Source: Sarea resinae (taxonomy: Eukaryota). Taken from it: a stretch of DNA of 64,000 nt. The notes under the pieces were generated by a model. It saw nothing but the letters and a program-made list of their open reading frames with translations, had not been told where the DNA came from and ran no database searches. Both the position numbers and the translations under genes were made by a program. The DNA lies in the NCBI GenBank assembly GCA_026026165.1, contig JAPEUD010000001.1, positions 372,001 through 436,000 on the forward strand, given 5' to 3'. This document shows positions 54,208 through 64,000 of this stretch, in pieces. Position 1 is the stretch's first letter. Each line of letters begins with the position of its first letter.

Positions 54208-57200
54208 ATGTCCTCGAGTTCAGATGAACCTCCACACCACCCCTCCACCCCACAATCAATACCCTTACAGGACCTCTCGAGAGCACCAGGGTCAAGGTCA
54301 ACGCATGGAAAATCCGATAGTGGGAAGATCAGGAATCTGCTAGGCAATCGGCAGTCACTCAGTGGAAGAGGGGCATTTGGCAAGAAATATGAGAGGGTGG
54401 AGGGGTCTCCGAGCCCGCCGGATAGGCATCCTTTACCAAACGCCTCTCCAACCGCCGGACCTTCAAATCTGAGTGGCTCCCCTTACGATACTGGCAGCGG
54501 TGATGTCTCACCCGTGGCGCATCCGGGGGCTTTTCAGGAGGCAATGGGGTTTGCGGGGTTGAGTCTTGGAGGGCATTCCAGTGTGAATGATTCTCAGGGT
54601 CCTCTGCCACTCAATCCGGCATTCAATGCGAGCTTAGTCAGTGAGGATGAAGGAATACCGCCGTTCGTTCCTGCGGCTAGAGATCTGGGCGAGCCAAGCC
54701 AAGGTTACTTCCCATCTCTAGATACGGATACAACTCGATTGACGGACATAAGACACCTACAGCCCATAAGCGGCGCACAGCCTCCATCGCCAGGCGGACA
54801 ATCGCAGGAGAGATCAAGTTTCCAAAGTGTGCGGTTCGCTACGCCAGAAGGGCTCTCGCCAGGAGGGATATCGCCAGGGTCGAGACTGGGGGATGACCTG
54901 CGGAGCCTTGAAGCCGGCCACCTGGGGGCTCCTGAAGTGACGCGGTCACGATCCCGCTCTTTATCTCCCTCAGCTGCAGGATCTACATTGTTCAGGGCAG
55001 GATCTGTGGTTCGAAAGATGTCTCAACGTGTGGTCAATCTCAGTAACGAGCCTGAAATCGTCGAACAGAGCATAAGGAGAAAGTCTTCAATGAACTCGGC
55101 GCGAATGGATGAGCCACCCGATATTCCGGCAATCACTGCCTATGCTCACGATGGAGGCGCACCTCCGTCCCCATTTGAGAAGGAGCCGCCTGTCGTGGTA
55201 GCTGGCCGAGTACCAAACAAATATCAAGACTCAAACCCGCTGAAAGGAAAGTCTCTGGGGATATTCTCGGCAGATAATCCTCTGCGGGTGAAGCTCTGTG
55301 ATATCCTTGTCCACCCTGCTACTGAACCTTTCATTCTCCTTCTCATTGTCTTTCAGACTATCCTTCTGACCATTGAGTCTGGCCATAATGTTTTCCACCA
55401 TCCCCGATCGAAAAGATGGGGTACTAATTGGATAGATCGGACACTACTCTGTCTGTTCGTCGTTTATACTTTTGAATTGATTGCGAGGATTATCGTATCT
55501 GGCTTCGTTATCAACGCTGCAGAGTATAGCACGGTCGATCGACAGTTGGGGTTCAAGAGGGCTGTCTACGATAAATATCGGAACTTCTTGACTCCACAAC
55601 GGCAACCTTCTAGGAAGACGCCCAGCATCCAACCCCCGCAACCGTCAATTCTGAGATCGTTCACAAATGGGCAAATGCCAGTGGAAGACCATAATCACAC
55701 ACGACATCAACAACGCCATCGATTAGCTCGCCGAGCTTTCCTGCGACATTCCTTTAACAGACTGGACTTTGTCGCGGTTGTTTCATTCTGGATATCTTTT
55801 GCTCTTGGCTCAGCAGGCATAGAATCTAGCCAGCAAATATATGTGTTTCGAATGCTCAGCTGCCTCCGAATATTGCGGTTGCTAGGGATTACAAATGGTA
55901 CATCTGTATGCATCACTCATCCCCTATACTTTGGCCTACTTACTTATATAGCTCTCCCCAGGTAATCCTGCGTAGTCTCAAAAAAGCGGCGCCTATGCTC
56001 GTCAATGTGGCTTTTCTCATCGGGTTCTTCTGGCTGCTTTTTGCCATCATTGGTGTGCAGAGCTTCAAGTCAAGCCTTCGGCGCACCTGTGTCTGGGTCG
56101 ACCCAGAAGGCCAGGAAGCAAATTATACAAGCAACGTACTTGGAAACTTCCAATTCTGTGGCGGTCACCTTGACAGATTTACGGGCGACCCAATGCCGTG
56201 GGTCTTTACTGATGGTAGAAACGGTACAGACAAGCACAAGGGATATCTCTGCCCACAGAACTCGTACTGTGTTCAGGGTTCCAATCCATATAATGGCACG
56301 GTCAGCTTTGACAACGTCTTCCATTCGCTGGAACTTGTATTTGTGATCATGAGCTCTAATACCTTCTCGGATCTGCTGTACTATACCACGGATAGCGATT
56401 ACCTTGCCGCGGCTTTATTTTTTGCTGCTGGAATTGTGATAATGAGTCTATGGCTGACCAATTTGCTTGTTGCTGTCATCACTTCTTCCTTTCAGGTCAT
56501 TCGCGAAGAGAGCAAGGCAAGCGCTTTCGCGCCTGACGAACGAGCACAGCCAATGTCCGTGGAAGAAACCCCCCAACGGCCTGGCCCACTAAAGCGCCTC
56601 TACGATATGACTGCTTGGTTCTGGATCCTTGTCATTGTTTATGGCCTGGTCGTCCAATGCCTGAGAAGCGCCGATATGGGAGAGGATAGACGGAAATTCA
56701 TAGACATCACCGAACTTGCCGTCAGCATCGTTTTGCTATTTGAGATCGTCGCCCGGTTTCTTACAGATTGGAGAAACTTCTTTTTAAGCAAGCGCAATTG
56801 GGCTGACCTCGTGCTCGCCGTCATCACCATGATCATCCAAATTCCATCGATCCACAATTCAGGCCGACCGTATGCCTGGTTAACAATCTTTCAGATCCTC
56901 CGGATACACCGCGTTGTTATGGCCTTCCCAATAACTCGAAAGCTCATCGAGGTCGTGCTTCGCAATGCGCGTGGATTGCTGAATCTCATTTTGTTCGTGT
57001 TCCTCATCACCTTTCTCGTGGCTATTTTTGCCGTTCAAATATTTCGTGGAGAGATTCCCCGGGAGGACCTGAGCAACAGCGATACGATCCGGATTACCTT
57101 CGGTACCATCTACAATTCTTTTCTCGGCATGTACCAGGTCTTGTCTAGTGAGAATTGGACTTATATCATGTACTATGTTACGGAATACGAGTCGCATTTC

Positions 57201-60200
57201 AACACCGCATGGATTGGCGCTGCTTTCTTCATTCTGTGGTTCATCCTTGCCAATTGTAAGGGCCTCCGTTCTCGGTCTTTTGATCTGAAAGCACTGACCA
57301 GTCTACTGCAGTCATCGTCCTAAATATGTTCATTGCTGTCATTCAGGAAAGTTTCGACGTTACAGAAGACGAAAAGCGGATGCAGCAGGTCAAGGCTTTC
57401 CTTCAACGAAAGGAGCTGGGTGGATCCTCCCATGGGTAAGCTTTCCCTCTCAATTATATTAAGCTCTGTCAGCTGATTGAACAGGAATCTTTCTTTATCG
57501 GCAATCTTCAAAATGGGTCGATATGGTGGAAGACACAGGGATCCCCTGGACTATGGAGCGGCGCCCTTGGAAATGCTCCTAAAGGATGCAGTAGTGAAAG
57601 ATTTCCTCGACGATAACACCCACTTGTCCGATGCCAAGTCGACCAACGACTCATTAACGTCTGCTCATGCTGCTGCTGAAGTACAACCAGGCTCATTGTC
57701 AGCCTATTGGGGCAGGCTTGTTGGATTGGTGAAGAACCGTGAACCGAACCCTTTCTATTCCCGACTTCAATTTTCCCGCGCCTATGAGGAGCTAGATCCA
57801 CGTACAATGGCAAAAGAAGTCGTCTCGGCCAACGAGCAACGCAAGCGCGCTCAGCGAGAATATCTGGTAAAGCATCCGAACTATAACGTCTCACTCTATC
57901 TTTTCAAACCATCGAACCCTATCCGCAAAATTTGTCAGCGCATAGTTGGTCCAGGCCGAGGCAGTCAGCGTATCGAAGGTGTTGACCCAATCAAAGCCGT
58001 GTGGTACTCGTTTTCTGCCTTTATCTACGCTGCCATCGTGGCAATGGTCTTACTGGCTTGCGTGACGACGCCTCTGTATCAGCGAGAGTATTTCTTGCAA
58101 CATGAAAACTCTAGGCATTCCAGGAATTGGTTTGTCTATTCGGACATGGGATTTGCCATCTTATTCACGGTTGAAGCTATCATCAAGGTCATTGCAGATG
58201 GCTTCTTCTGGACGCCTAACGCCTACTTTCGGGGCACCTGGGGCTTTATCGATGGGGTTGTGCTAGTCACCCTATGGATCAACGTGCTAACAACAATGTA
58301 CAATGAGGGTCCTGTGTCCAGAGCCATTGGGGCTTTCAAAGCGCTCAGGGCTCTACGACTGCTAAATGTCAGCGATAGTGCTAGGGACACCTTCCACTCA
58401 GTTATCATCCTTGGTGGATGGAACGTAGTTTCGGTGAGTTCCCCCAATTCGTCTTGATCTCAGTGATTCTAATACAGATTCAGGCGGCGCTGGTCTCAAT
58501 AAGTTTGCTTATTCCATTTGCCCTTTACGGGTTGAATCTCTTCAATGGTCAAATGCTAGAATGCAATGATGGCAATTCTGGTATCGTAAACCTGATTGAT
58601 TGTGTGGGCGAATATCAAAGCTCGCCATACGGTTGGAACGTCCTAGCTCCCCGCCAATATTCCAACCCGTACTACAGCTTCGACAACTTTGGGAGTTCGC
58701 TCTTTATTCTCTTCCAAATTGTCTCTCAAGAGGGATGGACAGACGTCATGTGGAGCGCCGAATCAATGACCGGAAGACTTATGCAGCCACAACCGTTTGC
58801 TTCTCAGGGAAATGCCGTCTTCTTTGTGGTCTTTAACTTGCTCGGTGCCGTCTTCGTCTTGACGTTGTTCACATCGGTCTTCATGCGAAATTACACTGAG
58901 CAGACTGGAGTAGCATTCTTGACAGCCGAACAACGTTCTTGGCTGGAATTGCGGAAGTTGTTACGCCGCATTTCTCCATCTAAGCGGCCGCCAAATCGGC
59001 CGAACCAGACCTGGAGGAATTGGTGTTACAGGAGGGCAGTCCAGAAGCACGGTCGCTGGCAAAGGTTCATCACCGTGCTTTTGTGCCTTCACCTGGTTCT
59101 ATTGATCATAGAATTCTATCCCGAACCTGAAGCATGGGACAAAACCAGAGGTATGTCATAATCTATGCCTCCACATAGTGCAATACTAATTTAGCAGAAT
59201 ACATCTTCTTGACTTTCACTGTCATATATATTGCCAATATCGTCATTCGCATTGTTGGTCTGTCATGGAAAAGATTTAGAAAGAGCTCTTGGGATTTCTA
59301 CTCTCTGCTGGCCGTGTCTGGGACGTTCGTAACAACGATCTTCGTTCTTGCCGACCCTTCGAAGCACGTGTATGAACAACTTCACAAGCTTTTTCTGGTA
59401 TCTATTGCCTTACTCCTTATCCCGAGAAACAACCAGTTGGACCAGCTCTTCAAGACCGCCGCAGCTAGTTTGACAGCAATCGGCAACCTATTGGCAACCT
59501 GGTTCGTGCTCTTCCTCGTGTACGCTATTGCCCTGACGCAGACATTCGGTCTTACTCGATTTGGCTCAAACGAGACTGGTAACCTCAATTTTCGAACGGT
59601 TCCTAAGGCGCTCATATTACTCTTTCGCATGAGTTGCGGTGAAGGTTGGAATCAAATCATGGAGGACTTCGCGATGATCTCTGAGCCCAATTGCGTCGGC
59701 AGCAGCGACTTCTTCTGGACTGATTGCGGAAGCGAATCCTGGGCGCGAGGTCTCTTCATTTCCTGGAACATACTGAGCATGTATATCTTTGTCAGTTTGT
59801 TTGTGTCTCTTATATTTGAGAGCTTCAGTTACGTGTACCAGAGGAGTAGCGGTTTAGGAGCGTTAACACGGGAGGAAATTCGGAGGTACAAGCAAGCTTG
59901 GGCGATGTTTGATCCGGAGGGAACTGGTTTTATCTCAAAAGAGGCGTTTCCTAGGCTCCTTGGTGTGAGTATTCGCTGCTTCTGTGCTTGACTGTTATGC
60001 TGACCATCGCTACCAGGAACTCTCTGGGCTCTTCGAGATGCGCATCTATGATGGGGAATTCACGGTGGGGAGCATCCTCGAAGAATGCAGGATCCCACGG
60101 AGGAACTCCGAGGTCAGACCTGGAGCAGCCGACGATGTTGACCTCGAGAAATTGAGGCAAAAGCTGGCTCAAATACCCGTCCAAGAAATTCGAGCTAGGC

Positions 60201-61003
60201 GCAGAGTGTTAGCTCTGTTCTACGAAGAGATCATGTTTTCCGCCGATCCGGAGCGGGGAATATCGTTCAATAGCATTCTCATGATAATGATCCACTATCG
60301 CGTTATCAACGATAGCAAGAGTCTGGGGTAAGTTACACTTGTGTAGAAACCATTTGACTTTTGCTTACATGGCGACAGCTTGGAAGAGTTTCTACGTCGT
60401 CGCGCTCGTCTTCAGCGTGTGGAAGAGGATATCAATCGCAGCGTGGTCTTAGGTTTTGTGAAGACCGTATACTGGCGGACGCGGCTCCGGCGTACTCTTG
60501 AACACAGGAGTCTATCACGCATGGAAGGTGTACCGCAGTTCGCTGTACCCGAAATCTTCGTGGACGATGAGGATGATATTGCAGCTACGAAAAAGCACTA
60601 TTCAGACGACGCCTCTTTTTCGCCTATCCTATCGCCAACGGATCCATTTGATAGCACAACCAATCTGACGAGCAATCTTGATGCGAGGACCGTCTCTCCG
60701 CCAGGAAGTATCACCCTACGTCGTCGATCTGATTCGCGGTCTAGCACACAGAGTAGAGAGCAGCCGCAAGCTAACCCACAATTGTTCCCGCATAGGCCTT
60801 CTGCTTCGGAAGGTGGTGCCTCTGGTCATGATTGGCAATTGGCAGGTGGTCTGAGCGGCGCATCAAGTCCTCGAGCCTTGAGCGACGGTGAACGCAGCCG
60901 AAAAAACAGTAACGTGAGCGCTCGGGATGTGTTGGAGGTGCTGGACAATTCGGCTTGGGGAGAGAGTATTCGACGCAGCTTCACTACGAGACGTCCAGGA
61001 TGA
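54208..61003 (+). CDS. CCH1: High-affinity Ca2+ channel pore subunit Cch1
   Basis: Four 6-TM repeats; S4 'FRMLSCLRILRLL' and 'AFKALRALRLL'; pore loops SSNTF / SSENW / SQEGW / CGEGW (N-E-E-E); EF-hand-like 'FDPEGTGFISK'. About eight exons. Confidence 0.96.
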
Positions 61004-62924
61004 TCGTCTCTTGATATACTCGTCGCGAACTCTTCTCTTCGTTGTCATGAGATGACTTGACGGCAAGTGTGAGACAGGAACCTCAATCATGGGTATCACG
61101 TTGGGATGGAAAAAGGCGTATTAAATGGAAGGGTTCTGCTTTATGTTCTAGGGTATGTGGGCATGGTTAATATGGGGATACCTTTTAACATCAATTTTTC
61201 CTCTCCTTTTCTCTTTTCTTTTTGGCCTGCACTTTCGGCGGGTGGCATTATCATCTCTCTATTGGCGAAGCAGGGACCAAGCAAGCGGCATGACCACGGA
61301 GTTATCAAGGTATCAGATTCCCTGTCTTTCTTTTCTCTGCCTCTCATTTAGATCTGTGGTATTACGTTAGCATAGCATTGCGTCATCTACAAGGCAGGAA
61401 TCACTGGGGACGAAAAATGCAGGCTTTGTCCTTCTTCACAACTGTATGCACCTGTAAGCAATTCTGAGCAATCTGAGCCATAGAGTTCTAGATGTAGCCC
61501 CCCCCTGGTTTGGATGAGGCTGTAGTCACACTACGCGTGCTGGATGCTTCGGTGAGCATTCGGCTATTTAATTCGCTGTTGCGAGTCCCTGCTGTAAATA
61601 AGGTATGAAGGGTTATCTCCCGGCCCACGACGAGAACCTTGGAACCCCTCTACTGCAGTACCTGCCGAGAGATGCACCAGGGTGTCGTATAGGTACCCCA
61701 TACAGATCTTGTACCAGAGAGAAGCCCAACGCTTTATTAGGACTACCTAGGTGGTACTTCGTGCTCCCCATCGTTCTCCTACTATGTACTCCGTACTTCG
61801 TATATGCCTACGGTACTCCGTACATCAGCATAGTTCAGTCAACCAATACCGAGCCCCGGGCCTGACTTCACTGCACTGCGCTGTCTCCACGCTGGGCACC
61901 GGACAGCGATCAAGCCCAACCTCCAGGCTGCTAAGCCGGTAACCCAGCCTGGCCGCGGCCCTCGGCCCCCGTATCCGTCGTGCGAAGAGGTACTCTACTC
62001 CACTGCGGTAGAGTACTCCGAGTACTCCCTGCTCTGTAACGGTATCATGGATATGATGGGCATTGAAGCTTGGCAGCCAGCCGGCCAGCAGCCGGCCAGC
62101 AGCCAACCCCCCGCAGGTCGCACCGCCACATGTCGCATCTGATTACTCAAGCGTGACGATCCCCGTATCTTCAATCCCTCCATCGCAACAAATCGATCTT
62201 CTTTTGACGGGTGGCGGCGTGCAAATGATTCATACTTGTCTGGCCAAGAGAAGCACTATCACTTCTTCTCCTTTTCTCGTTGTTTTTTGGCTCGTCGCCT
62301 GCAGGCCCCCAAGATTTGGAGAGGCTAACGACTCCTAATAGCGTTGGAGTGGCCACTTGGACCGCATTGGGTAGGCACGCTGGGCAAGACTCGGCGCGTT
62401 GTACGCATTGGGCTTCGCTACTTTGCTTCTGGGCCCTTCCTCCAGTCCTCTCCTCCTTCCTTCCTTCCTTCCTACCTTCCTTGCTCACTACTACTGCGCA
62501 GTACGGAACTCCTGACCTTTCAGCTCAACAGCTCCTCCACTATTATTTCCCCCTCCTTCCCACCTTGCCTAAGGGACCTTCCCAAACCCTTACAATACCT
62601 TACCTCACCTTACCTTCCGTAGGCTACTCGTACTCTACATGACTCTACCGATCACTCCCGTCTCTTCTTACCTATTTCTTCGCTAGTGGTGGCAGCCACA
62701 GAGGAACAAACACTTCCAACACATCGATACGTCTTGCTCAAGGTACACGCACATCAAGAGTCTCACGATCCACTCACGACAGGTACCACTACGTACCCGC
62801 TACAGAGTACTCTCCAGGGCTGTCGAGTACCTCCTGCTTGTTACTCCCTACTGTAAGGTGTTACCGGCCATTCTCGTTCCTCCAGTACTTCGTAGTCCTT
62901 CCAGGCTACTACTTCGTACATTCA

Positions 62925-62958
62925 TCACCATCACTACCACCACTACCACCACCACCAC
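62925..62958. repeat. Imperfect (ACC/ACT) trinucleotide repeat upstream of KIN1
   Basis: tcaccatcactaccaccactaccaccaccaccac. Confidence 0.75.
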
Positions 62959-63447
62959 TCGCCATTCACTCTCCACATACTACTCACTCAGCACTGCTTT
63001 CTTCGTGCATACCCACCACATATTGCCCGTACTTACCTACTTATACCACACTTGTCGTTATCACTCCCTTACCCACTACTGCAGTTCCCGGCAGCTGGCC
63101 ATCCATCTCACCACGAATCTCACCAGACTTTCCTTCCATTATAGTCCTGCCTTGTCTCATTTGGGGGGGCATTGCGCGTTCATCCTGGGATTGCTCGAGA
63201 TCCAAGCGATCCCAACCTATCGAATATCCCCGGGGTCATTCTTTCCCTTGACCTTCTCCCATCCATCGATGCCTTCCCGAACGGTCTGATTACCCGTATC
63301 TTTGCCCTCCGGGCTCAGCTGCGACCGGCAAAGTCATAGCAACCAAACTACCCCCATTCCATACAAGCATTCTCGCTCGACACTACCCAGATCTGAGAAC
63401 GCTCCGATCTCTTTCGTTTGACGAAGCTTGTTTGTACTCACATCATA

Positions 63448-64000
63448 ATGTCTGCGGCCTCATCAGCCTCACCCGCTGTCCCTCGTAGCCACTCTTCATC
63501 GCACCGGCAACAATCATCTTACACGCCCCCCACCACCGATCGGCCACACCGGGCACAGTCCACGACGGCTAGACCATCGACACTTCCTTCTACTCCACGT
63601 CGATCCAACTCTCAGTCCCATTCCTTTCATCGCCCCACGTCGTCATCGCAGCAAACTCCTCTTGCCAACGTTGCTCGAAAGGATTACGAGACCTCGAATG
63701 TAGCTCGACCTCCGTCTTCGTCGCGCCGGAGTTCATCACACGATCAGAGTTACAGCGCAGCACCTACACCGGTGCATACCGAATCTTCACGCAGCCATCA
63801 CCACACTCCATCCAGGTCTAGTCATACGAGATATACATCCGACATGTCTGGGGTTGCACCAGCTGCTCCCAATGGAGTGTCGACTCCCGCTCAAGCCCCA
63901 CCCGCTTCTGTCGAGCACGGCGACCGATCAGTGCCGGCAAACAATGGAGCTGCCAAAAGAAGGACGACCATCACGGCGCAGACGGGTCAATGGGCATTAG
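63448..64000 (+). CDS. KIN1: Kin1/MARK-family Ser/Thr kinase, N-terminal part (runs off window)
   Basis: Open from ATG 63448 to the window end. Ser/Pro/Arg-rich N-terminus with 'LANVARKDYETSNVARP', ending 'KRRTTITAQTGQWAL(G)', which I recall as the segment just before the kinase domain in fungal Kin1. The kinase domain itself is not in the window. Confidence 0.78.
   Translation, partial: MSAASSASPAVPRSHSSSHRQQSSYTPPTTDRPHRAQSTTARPSTLPSTPRRSNSQSHSFHRPTSSSQQTPLANVARKDYETSNVARPPSSSRRSSSHDQSYSAAPTPVHTESSRSHHHTPSRSSHTRYTSDMSGVAPAAPNGVSTPAQAPPASVEHGDRSVPANNGAAKRRTTITAQTGQWAL

Noticed and set aside
62838..63289. 137-aa and 143-aa ORFs upstream of KIN1
   Set aside because: Products of C/T-rich microsatellite promoter/5' UTR sequence with non-ATG starts.

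Overview
Gene-dense, intron-rich stretch of a filamentous ascomycete (Pezizomycotina) nuclear chromosome, about 50% GC. It holds 21 protein-coding genes, mostly housekeeping: RXT2 (3' part), OPI3, a NIT2-type amidase, HEM25, a coiled-coil hypothetical protein, PFD1, an alkaline ceramidase, a peroxisomal-type alpha/beta hydrolase, RTT107/BRC1, VPS25, MDM1, TRM8, GID4/VID24, mago nashi, SEC26, an LCB kinase, a DIM-5/Clr4 H3K9 methyltransferase, a VSB1-like SLC26 transporter, a Meu6-like PH protein, a UBTD-like protein and CCH1. The 5' end of a 22nd gene, KIN1, runs off the right edge. The standout feature is a single ~1.3 kb AT-rich island with a RIP-type signature (~36300-37620). It covers the promoter and first four small exons of the dim-5/clr4 gene, yet I can build a complete 465-aa frame through it, including a Clr4-chromodomain-like N-terminal motif. 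This suggests a self-targeting heterochromatin sensor on the H3K9 methyltransferase gene (inference). Also seen: a strongly over-represented intergenic motif TACG(G/A)AGTA and two GC-AG introns. All gene models were assembled by eye from splice signals; no searches were run.
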